Assembly (NCBI GenBank): GCA_944376825.1
Contig: CALWDY010000014.1
Span: 119,444-183,443, forward strand
DNA from: an uncultured Clostridia bacterium
GTDB lineage: Bacteria; Bacillota; Clostridia; Christensenellales; UBA1242
Direction of reading: 5' to 3'
DNA length: 64,000 nt
The notes beneath the pieces were generated by a model. That model was not told the origin of the DNA. It searched no databases and saw only the letters and a program-made list of their open reading frames with translations. Both the position numbers and the translations under genes were made by a program. Of the stretch, positions 20,701 to 32,700 are shown piece after piece (positions within the stretch are counted from its first letter, which is position 1; each line of letters starts with the position of its first letter).

Positions 20701-23700
20701 ATTGTCACTTTTGTATTTAATTATGGAATTTTTATCAGTGAACTCATAGCCGACTTCCACCAAAAATTTTGTGCCAGTTGTAAATGTTGGTAAAAAGTCA
20801 ATGGTTCTATTAGTCATTTCATAATTACTTGTTGTGTTATTTTGATATGGATTTTTTGTTACAATATACTCATTTGCAACAATAAATTCAAAGTTATAAC
20901 CATCAACAATATGATAATCACCTAGAATATTCATAGAACCCACAATTCTTAATCTATAAACTCTATCAATAATAGCATAAATGTCATTTGTTGGTTTGTT
21001 TTCATCAATTAAAACATTATCTTTTTTAATAGTTTGAATTTCAGTTACAACAATATAGTAGTCTTTTTTGTAGTTATAAAGTTTATAAACTTCACCATTT
21101 ATGTATGCGTTCCCTTCGGTTTTGTCAAATTCCGTTGCATATTCAAAAGTTTCAACTTTAATTGTTTTTTTGCCTACTGTATCGTCTCCACCAGAAATGT
21201 AATTAATAGTAGATTTTATTCCACCATCACTTATTTTATTATTTTCATCATGCGTTGGAAGGTCATTATAGTTTGGTTTGCTTACAGCAAGTGCCGAAGC
21301 ATAAACTTTGATCGTTTCATTGTTTTGTATATTATTTGTTGTATTAGCAAACTCATTTCTATTTCCAATAAAGTAATCTGCATAAGCAACATGGCTATAT
21401 TCTGTTGCATTTAAGCCCGACATGATAAATGTTTTTTCTGCATATCCTTCATAATCAACATAGCCGACATTTATATTTTTAAATGTATCAGCTGTGATTA
21501 TTTGACTTAAAACATCGTCACTACCGAGAAGATATCCAATTATACCTGCTGAATAAGATGTTACGCCTTGAACCGATGCTTTGGCAGAAATCTCTTTTAG
21601 GCTTATGTTTATTGTGTCAAGTGAAATTGAATTTTCTTGATTGGTTTGTTCCACTATACCAAAAACACCACCACTAATAACATTAGATGCATTATTTGTT
21701 TCATTTATAATATTTCCATCAATATCAATATTTTGTAATGATATTTGTGAATCTTTTAATTTTCCAATTACACCACCAATAACTTTGTTTGATGATACAG
21801 AACTAATGTTTATAGTTTCATTAACACTTATAATATTCACAATTGAATTTTCGCTTAAACCGATAATGCCCCCAACTGCTAGTTCGTTGTCTAAACTCTT
21901 GTTTTTTAGGTCTATGTCACAACCAATAATATTTACTTGTGATATTTCAATGTTTGCATTTTGTGCATTTCCTATAATTGCACCTATGTTATTTGAAACT
22001 GAACTTGTTTTATCTTCTTTATTTTCAGTTTTAATATAATCTTTAAACGAATAAACAACGTTTACATTTTCAATTATCACATTTGGTTCTTGGCTTGTTG
22101 TGTTATCATTTACAACTTTTCCAACAACACCGCCGACATCAATTTGACTATCTCCGGCAACTGCATTTTTATCACTATATGAAATGTTTAAATTTTTTAT
22201 ATCTAAATATTTAACATGTCCAAACAATGCACTTGTGCCATTATCTCCTTTAACCCCAGCAACAACATTACTTAACTGATAAAATCCACTTTCACCATAG
22301 TTGCCACCTTCAACGTAACCATTAAAAGGATAATTATTTGTTCCAAGTGGGAACACTCCGTCCATCGAAATGTTTGTTTTTCCATTTTTTGAAACAAATT
22401 TAATTGTGTATGATGGTTCACTACTTCTTACAATATTATATAAAACCTCTAGGACTTCATCATAGCTGTGGTTCGTATAATAATTCCAAAAGTCAGTTAA
22501 CTGGCTATAATCTTTCTCTGGTAAATCATTTATTAAAACTTCAAGCATTCTATAATCTTCCAAACTTGAAACTTCAATAACAGCCTTATCCTTATCATTG
22601 TTTATTGTAATATTATTGTTAAACATATCGGCAAGGTCGGTTCTCTTAACTTCCACCGAACCACTTGGCACCCAAGTTCCATCTGCACACTGCTCCCAAC
22701 CTTCACCCATACTGGTAATATTGGTATTTTCAGTATAACTTACATTAGCATTCAAACTATAAACCAATCCATACTCACTAAACACATTTCCTTGACCATA
22801 TACACTGCTGTTATCGTTTGCACCATAATATGTTGTGTTGTTAATTGTAATTTTTTCAAGCGCTCGACCAGCAGTCGAATAAACATCTTCTTTTGTTCCA
22901 TTTGCAGAAATGCCTATTGAATCAAAGTAAATTGTTTTAATATAAAGCAATCCATCTTTTGTGTAATAGTAGTCTTTTTCACCAATGGTCTCTTTTTGAA
23001 TATCCATCCAAATTCCATTTGTTGCACTTTCAACATTGTTTTTAACAATATCAAAGCCTTCGCCTTTAAAATTATATTTTGTATAACCCAACGGCAGTTT
23101 AAATGGATCAAAGTCATTAACAAAAATTGGTATAATGTGATTCACAGCAACTTCATTTGGAGTAAATGGATTTGCAAAATATCCAGTTTCATTATATTCG
23201 TATCCATTTCCCGCAAAATAATATTGAGAAATTGGAACTGGTGTAAGATTTAATATCCCATACGTAAAAGCCAGATTTGCTAATCCCACGAACCACGAAG
23301 AACTTGCAAAAGAAGCTAACGCCTTTAAATAATATGCAAATGCCATCGCATAGAAATTTTTTAAGTAGTTAGCGTTTAGATAATAATAAGAATACAAGTT
23401 TCTAGATTCCATTCCACCTTGAATGTTATCGCAATAGTTTACAACAGCATTTAAACTCTCATAACCATTTGCAATTCCAGCAACATGTGCTTCTTGATTT
23501 ACAGTTCTGTATATTGCTTTTTTGTATCTGTCAAATCCCAAACCATTTTCTGAATAAATGTTTAGTACACTACTGTCAAAACTCTTTCCCGTTGTTGTTC
23601 CATCGCTTTGTTTTGGGGGGTCTTGATCCAATGCATTAAAGGTACTTACATAATATGTTGCATGACCAATTAAAGATTTTGCTTTACTGTAACAATTTTT

Positions 23701-26700
23701 TATGTTGCCACCAAATCCACTTATGCCACCCAAATATGTTGTTTTGAAACCAAAACTGTTGCCTGCAATAATTTCAACATTACTTAAAATGTAACAATTA
23801 TCTATTGTTTTTGTATCATCATCATAGGTTGTTGTGCTTGCTGAATCTTTGCAAGACCCAACAATTCCACCTGCATATAGTGTTAAATTTGAAATACTAT
23901 TATATAAATTGCCAAGTTTGTTTAATTTTTCTTGCTCTGTTAAATTTAGGCCAATATTATGCAATTCTCCATCGAACAAATGCATGGACTGATTTACATA
24001 AGAATTTGTGATTGTTCCAGAGTTTTGAATTCCAACAATTCCGCCAAAAACAATTGTTTTGTCAGAAATTCTAACGCCTGATGCAAAATCAATATATATT
24101 GGCTTTGTTAAACTGGAATCTCTAACAGTTCCCCCATCAAGAGATCCAACCATTCCACCAATAATGTAGTTTATGTTATGGGCATATAATTTCAAAGTAT
24201 ATTCAACTCCACTTTGGGTTGAAGATAGCGAACTTAAATCACAACCAGAAAGCGTTGAACCACCGCCTAATGAGCCAACAACATTTCCCAAAACCAATGT
24301 TTTTGGTTGATTTTGATCATTTACATTAATTTCAGTAATTGATATTGTGTCAGTTGTATCATTATTTGTTCTTATTTCGATGTTGCTAAAATTGGAATTC
24401 GTTGCCGTGTTTGCCAAAAATCCCACAAAAGTCTTTTCTTTCCCCAACAATACATCAATTGTTATATTTTCTAATATCATTGATGTAACAGTTGAATTTG
24501 AAACTGCATTAAAAATTCCGCCATTTTTAGTTGAAAGATTTTTTATGTAATGCATTGGAGAAATTTGGTCGTAACCACTAATCACAACATTTGTTATATC
24601 TTTACCTTCCCAGTTTATTCCATTTTTAATATATTCCGCATTTATGTTATTTACCAAAACATAGTATGTTGTTGTTTCTTCATCTGGCAATTGTTTCAGT
24701 TTACCAATATTTGGAATTTGATATGGATTTTCTTGTGTTCCATTACCTGTATAATGCCACATATATTCAATATTTGTGTAAACCCCATCAACAAACGATC
24801 CATATCCAAAGTTGTAATTTATGTTTTGTTTTAAGTTGCCTTTATATTGTGCTGAAGTTTTTGTGTTTTCTTGCTGTTCATAACCTAATGAAACATCATC
24901 TGTCTTCTTTGCCAAAGTTTCTGTTGACAGCATTGCCTCACAAGCATATTTATCATAAAAACAGCTACTAGAATTTTCATCAAATGCAAATTTTTTATTT
25001 GCAGTTTTTGTTCCTAAATCCAAATCCACCAATCTTGTGTTTGAGAAACTATCATAAACCTTTCCCGGTCCAAACAGATACATATGTCCGTTATAGTTGC
25101 CATTTATTTTGTTTGGATCATAGTTTTGAATTGAACCAGATGAATAACAATTGTATATAAGTCCGCTATTTGAAATTACAAATCCTGCAACAGCAATAGA
25201 ATTAGCATTGTTTGCCTTTGCTTGCTCTTCATAATAAGAAACAGTATCAACACTTGTGTAACACTCTTTAATTAGTCCATCGTTTAAGTATACAAAAGCA
25301 CTTGCTCTAAGATTTGTTGTAATTGAGCCTGTTATTTTTAGATTGCCATTTTGTCTGCCTCTAACATTGCAAGAATAAATTATTCCATCGTTTGTACCAG
25401 CAAACCCCGAAATAACTTTGCTTTCATTTGAACCATCTCCATCTCCATTGAAGTTTGCAAGAACAACAACACCACTAATAACACTGTTGTCATCCAAACT
25501 TACTATTGGGCTGTTTTGGGTACCATCTTCAAATACAATTTGAGCACCATCACTAACTACAATTTGATTTACAAGTGCTGAAATTTGGAAAGAATATTGA
25601 TTGTCTTCAGTTCCAAGATAATAATATTTTTTTCCACCCTCCCAAGATGTTTCGCCACTTGAATAAGTGTATGGCAAAATTTTTGTTCCAGAGTTCTCTT
25701 CACCGAAATAGTTTTTATCCCAAACATTATACTCATCATTTTTCAATGTATTTTCGACAATTCCAAGTATAGAATTAAGCATCACATTTTCGCCAACACT
25801 TGTATCAGTTGTAAGTGTGTACACATGAGCATATTTGTTTGTTGAACTATCAGCAACACTGGCATCTTTGCTTGTGTTGCCAACAAGTGCGTTGGCAGAA
25901 TATGTTGTTGCTAATTGTTTGTCAAGCTTATTAAACAATGTGTTTATTGAAATATTTGAATCAAGTGTTACTTCACCTTTTGCATTTCCAACAAGTCCAC
26001 CATAAGTAAATTCAATTGGTTTATTTGTTTCTGTTTTTGATTTTGTTACTACATTTTCACCATTTTCTTCTTTTATTCCATATGATGGATAAACATTGCC
26101 TGTTGTAATGGAATTTTGAAGGGTTCCACCATTAAGTTTTGCAATAAGTCCACCAATCGTTAAACTCAACTGTGTTTTAGAGTCAATATTTGCATTGTTT
26201 GTTATATCACCTGTTGCGTAAACATTTGTAAATGTTGAACTTTCCCCACTTCCAGCAAGTCCACCAATATTTGTGTTATCCACCAAATCTTTTGAACTTT
26301 CTGAAACATTTCTACTACTATAATTAACATTTGCGTAGTATATTGCATTAGAAATGTTGTAATTTTGAACACTTCCTACAAGTCCACCAACATTGTTGTT
26401 GATTGTTACTTCACTATTATTATTGAATGTTGAAACAAATAAATCTACATACGATTTTACTTTGTCAATATTGTATTCTTCGTTACTATTGTATTCTTCG
26501 TTACTATTGATTTCTTTATCAGCCTTTGCATAACCAATTAAAGAACCTATATTATTTTCGTTAGAAGAATCAATATTTAAAATGCTAATTTTATTTGTTG
26601 ATTCTTTTATTACACCTTCTTCACTTGTTTCATTTGTTGCTTTTACTTCACAATTTGTTATATTTCCATTTTCAAAACGTCCAACAAGCCCGCCAATACT

Positions 26701-29700
26701 TACATTCATTACTTTTGTGTTAACGCTAATTTCAGGATAAAGAACAACATCACTAATATTTGAATTTTTAGTTTTTCCAACAAGTCCACCAATGTTGCAA
26801 TTATATAAAGCATTTGAATCGATTGCATCAATAATAATATTAGCATTTTGACTTGTTGTGTTTAAAGGTGAACTAATATTAATTTCTTCTGCATAACCAA
26901 ACATATAGCCAACATTTGCTTTTATTAAGCTAGTATTAATGATTATCTCTCCTGTTAAAGTATTATTAAGTACAATAGGCATTATAGTTTTGTCGCTAGA
27001 ATTGTTTGTTAAACTTCCCCCTATAAGCCCAATTGAACTTTCGTTAAGGCTATCAGCTAAACCGTTAAAAATTCCATCAATAATTAAATTTGAATTTTTA
27101 ATTAAAATGTCAAAAATGCCACCACTTTTGGTTTGTGATGTTGTGATATTTCCAATTCCAAACAACATTCCAACATTTATTGTTTCTTCACTCTCCTTTC
27201 CATATGATGTTGAAATGTTCATATTGCAGTATGATATCTCTATATCGCTAAATACCGTTGTCCCTTTTGCGTTTGCTGTTACAAGTCCAATTGTTGCACT
27301 TGCGCTTGGTGTAGCTTCAAGATAAACATTTTCAAATTTTAATTTGTTAAATGTTGTATTGTTTGCCGTTCCAACAAATATTGAACTTTGACTTAAAGAA
27401 CTATTAAATTTAATATTATTAGCGTATACAACTTTAAAGTTATAGAAAGTTGCTCCACTTGTTGAACTAAATAATGCTCTATTTTGATTTGTTTTGAACA
27501 AAAATCCTGATGGATTTAAATTGTCCAAACTTCTAAGCGTGCCCGAAAAATTTGTTATTGGTGCTATTCTTTTTGTTATACCAATTAAATTTTCTTCGTT
27601 TTCCGGACTATTATCAGGGTCAATTACAAAAATATCATCATTTGTTGCAACTCTTAATAAATCTAAGTCGTATTGATTTCTTATGTATCTAATTTTTGTT
27701 ATGTATCCAAATAAGATGTGTGGGAACAACTCATCTTCATCTCTTTCCCAAGATTGTTTTTCCCAACCATTTCCTGTAAAGAAACCATCATATAATTCTC
27801 CATCATCACCAACACCTGTTATATTTGATAAACTTGTTATGTGTAACACACTTTCATCATTATAAAAATTTTGAGATGTAACTGCAACGCCATCAAACAC
27901 AACATCTGTATTAAATAAAGCAGTAGATGTCTTATAGTTATTATTATCACTTTCGTTATAAGATACAGCATATGTTTTGTTTACATAGCTTTCGTCTACA
28001 AGCCTATTGCCCCAATAGTTTACAGCATTTACTTTATCAAAATTAAACCCACCTTTGTTAATTCCAATTACACCACCGGCAACAGTTGCGCTAACATCGC
28101 CAAAAGCATACACTTCGTTTAATGATAGTTTAATGTAATCAGTTTGTGATGTTGCAGGTTTTTCATTAATACCAATAATACCACCCGCATATGTGCCACT
28201 TGCATCACTTATAACATTTATTTTTGAATAAGATTTTTCAATTTTTCCACTTACATTAAGCCCAACAAGCCCACCAATTGCAATAGGGTCGCAACCCAAA
28301 TTAACAAATAGTTGTTCGTTTCCTCTGTCAACGGAATAATTACCTTTATAATAATCATCAACACCATCTTCAATGACATCTATTTGCCAACTTTCTTCAT
28401 GCTGTGAACGAACTTGTCTTAAATAACCTTTATTATAACCAACAATGCCACCTGCAAAACCATTATAAGAGTATAAGCCTTGCATTGCTCTGTTTTGAGC
28501 ATCCACAAAATTAAGTTCATAAAGTGCATCTTGCACGATTGTAAGCGGTCCAACATAACCAATTACACCACCAACTGTTCCCGCTGTTATTTGACTTGTT
28601 CCCAAAGCTTTAAGCATAACAGCATTTCCATTTGTTGAAACAATAGAATCAGCAAACATTTCTTGTGTAATTGAATCATCTGTATAGGCATCAAAAATTC
28701 CAACAATTCCGCCAGCATATGAAATATTGTTGTTTTGTGTTTCGTTTAATCTTGAATATTGATTATATGTTGTATAACTTGTACCATTAACATAATGATC
28801 AGGGAATTTTGCTGCGGTAACACTAACATTTGTAGATGTCAAATTAAATATGTAAGAATTACCAATCACACGGCCAATTAGTCCACCAACAACATTTTTA
28901 CCTCTAACAGTTACAGTGTTTGTGTTTTCAAAAGCAGAATTTAAATTTACATTTATAACTTTTGCATCATAAACTGTTCCCGCAATTGCTCCCACGTATT
29001 TAATGTTTTTGGCTTCAACGCCCAAAACGGCACTTTCTGCGTTGGTTGTTCCAATTATTACATTTAAATTCATCAATATCGCACCAGACTCGATGCTTGC
29101 AAACATACCAAAGTTAGTTGCAGTGCTTTCAACATAAGAATCAGAAAGAGCAAAACCCGAAATAGTAAATCCATTCCCATCAAATTTTCCTATTCCATTG
29201 CCATTTCCATTTTCTCTATAAATACCTGTAAGTGTTAGATTAGAAGACGCCAATCTATATGTTTGTTCATCAGCGCTTGAAACAAGGTCTTGTAAATTTA
29301 TATCATTTACAAGTCTGTAATTACCAAATGCTTGCTTTTTGTCTAAATTGACAAATTTTGAAGCACTTGTACCACTAACCCCGCTAAACACATTATTAAA
29401 TTCTTGAGCGCTTCTAATTAAAATAGGATTGTTTTTTGAGCCGTATTCATAATTTGTTGCATAGTTAAACATAGGTCTGTCATCATCACTTTCAACACTG
29501 TATCTCAACGATACTGTACTTGTGTTTGCACTGATGAGTTCTGGCCCAGTTAAAGTCATAGCCCAAATGCCATCATCGTTTTGGTTGTTAGTAGCAAAAC
29601 TAAAACCATAGAAATACTCTTCAAGAGTAACCGAAGAAACAAGTGATGCACTTTCACCGTATGCTTCTTCTATTAAAATATTTGAATTTTCAAGCGCAAC

Positions 29701-32700
29701 TGCATCATAGTAGTATGAATTTTCAATTGTGCCAAAGTTTTGCCAATTTCCCCAGTCGTCAACACCCGAGAAATTCATTTGTGTTGTTGTTGCACCGATT
29801 ATTCTAGAAAGAGATAAAGATGTTTTAATTACGCCATTTGATTGATTGTTATAAACAAACCCAGCACTTGTTCTTCCAGGATTATCTCCAAGGTTTGTAA
29901 GTGTTATGTTTGAATAACTATCACTAATGTTGCCAGAGTTTGAATAAACAAAACCAGCGCTTATTCCCGATGTTTCTATGCCAAATTTTGTTGCGTGTAC
30001 ATCTTGAATATTTTCCTTTGCGCCTTTTGCATAACTCATGCTTATTCTTCCAGAGTTTTGAATTGCAAAGCCACTTGTTATTGTTGTATAGTCAATGTTT
30101 GAATTGTTAATTTCTCTTAAATTTGATACATAACTGCTTGAAATTCTTCCTGTGTTAGTGTGAACAAAACCACTTATTTCACCAAATGAAGAAATAACAA
30201 ATGTATCTAATTTTATAGTTTCATATGTAACCGAGCCCTTGTCATTAACATTATAAACATTTATGCTTTCACCACCAACACGGCTGTTTGTTATAATTCC
30301 AGAGTTATACAAAACAAAGCCTGAAGTTTGCGCTGAAACATTTAAAGTGCTGTTCGCCTTTATGTTTATACCACTTATTTGTGGAGTTAATTGATTTGCC
30401 AAGTATCTATAACTAACAACTTCTGTATTTGTTATAATTCCAGCATTGTTTATTGAAATTGGTGCAAAATTCACCTGATTGGTTATGTTTGAATCTATTG
30501 TTATTGCATCAATGTGATATATGTTTAACCTTAAATTTTTTATTGTTGTGTTAGAACTTACATTTTGGAACAAGGCTAAACTAACCGTGCTTTGATTTAA
30601 AACTTCGTCACTAAAACTTCTTATTATTATTTGATGTCCATTTCCATCCAAACTATTTACTTTTGATGTGTCTTGAATTGGTGAAAAGTCATATAGAATT
30701 ATATCGTTTGTAAGTATGTAATCTTGTGCCAATTCACCATTAAAGGCGTTTATAAATTCTTCAGCGTTTGATATTTGTTCAGGTTCTTCTTCGCTTGAAT
30801 AATTTGATATTACAATGTCAAAGAAATATTGATATGTTCTTATGCTTCCATCAGGCATTTTTGCCTTAATTTCTAAAAGCATTCTTTGAGTTCCAATGTT
30901 TTTCCCTAAAAACTTAATAACCTTTTGAATTTCTCCGTTTACAGTTTGTTCTTCTACAACAAAATCTGCAATTATATCACTTGATACATTGTTGCTAACA
31001 ACAGGAGTATAAGCATTGCCATTTACATAATAAAGGTTTTCAAGCAAAGTTTCCTTATTTTGTGTGTTATAGTTTACTTCATAACCTATTGAATTGTTTA
31101 CGAAATAATTGTTTTCTACAAAAGTGTTAAATGCCCTTTCGCTTGGAGTTACAAATCCATTTTCTCCACTAACGTACTTGCCGGCAATTTTGAATTCTAA
31201 TGAGTTGTAAAAATACTTGTTTCCATAAACAACATCACTTCCCATCTCATTATTTAAATGCGTATTGTCAAAATCCAATTCAAAATCAATAACATAAACT
31301 TTAAGAATTGAATAAACTTCTTCTTTTACTCCGTTTAAATATCTTGAAGTTGTTATTTGAATATCCACATTACCGCAATTTTCGCCAATGGTTATGCTTA
31401 ATGTTCCCTTAAAATATTTTGTTGCATAACTTGTAAAGTCTTGATTATTTATTATTTGAACATTTTTATTTATTGTGCTTGTATTCATGTCATAAGCAAC
31501 AATACTTTCTATTTGTTGTGTTTGCTCATAAACAACATCTGCCGTTATGGTGTCGCCTTTAACTGCAAAAATCTTGTCTTTGCCCTCAACTGTTATTCCA
31601 GCTTTTTCTTGTGGCACAATTAACAGAGCATATACAACTGTATACACTTTTTCATCGCCATTAAATATGTCAATTTGGATATTGTATGTAGTGTTTACGC
31701 TTACAGTAGAAGGAACAACCACTCTAACATAATATCTGCCAACTTCACTTTCACTTTCTTTTGCATATATTTTTACACCATTTTCAATAAATTCAAAATT
31801 TGTTGCAGAATCTATCTCATATGTTGCATTTTCGTTTTTCTTCATTGCAATGAGGGATACACTTTGGTTGTTTACTGGTTGAGCTGTAACATTAACATGA
31901 GTATAATTTGCATATGATGGGTAAACCATAATGTCCAAAAGTCCACTTGTTCCAGGAGAAAGTACATTATTTGGGAAATAGTTATAAGACGAACCGCTTG
32001 AATTGCTTTCTTTTTGTGCGTAATTGTTTACATCAACTTTTAAAACTTCTTGTGCAAGAATGTAAACTTTTACATCAGCAAAAATATACTCATCTAATAT
32101 AAACCTTATTGTATATCCTTTTGGATCTATTAAAGATGAATTTAAGGATTTATTTATTTTAATTGTTGCACCATATTTTACAGTGTCTATCTCATTTTCG
32201 TTTTGTGTTTCACTTAATATTGTTAAATTTATATCTTCAAAAATATTTAACGCTTCAACATCGCTTCCTTCGCTGTCATAAATTTCCACATTAACAGTTT
32301 TATTTGTACTTTTTGAATCATATGTGGCTGTTAAATTTATATCCAGTTCATCGCTTGCAGAAATTGTTGCGCTATTGATTGAAGAACTTATAGACAATGC
32401 CCCGTATGTTCTTTGAACTGTTAAATTTTTTGATGTGTTTTGTCTTATTATTTCTTGTATTTTATCAACATTATCTGTATCGGCAATTGCATCCAATAAT
32501 TTCAAATAAATGTCAAAATCTACGCTATCTAGAATAGATCCATCTTCTTGCTCGAATTTTGAAACAATTGTATGCGTTCCAATGTTATTTCCAACAACAA
32601 ATTTAGATGGTTGATTATTTGTTTCAAAAACAACTTCAAAACTGTTCTGCATTAAAGGAATTTCTCTATTTGTAAGAACAATTGTTGAAGATAGAGAAGA

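Noticed and set aside
14739-23620. G6/C6 homopolymer runs inside the giant genes (14739..14744 and 23615..23620) as possible phase-variation slippage tracts
   Set aside because: At only 6 nt they are too short for efficient slipped-strand switching. They simply encode Gly-Gly and Pro-Pro. No longer tracts occur near the 5' ends; only A7 and A6 runs are found there.
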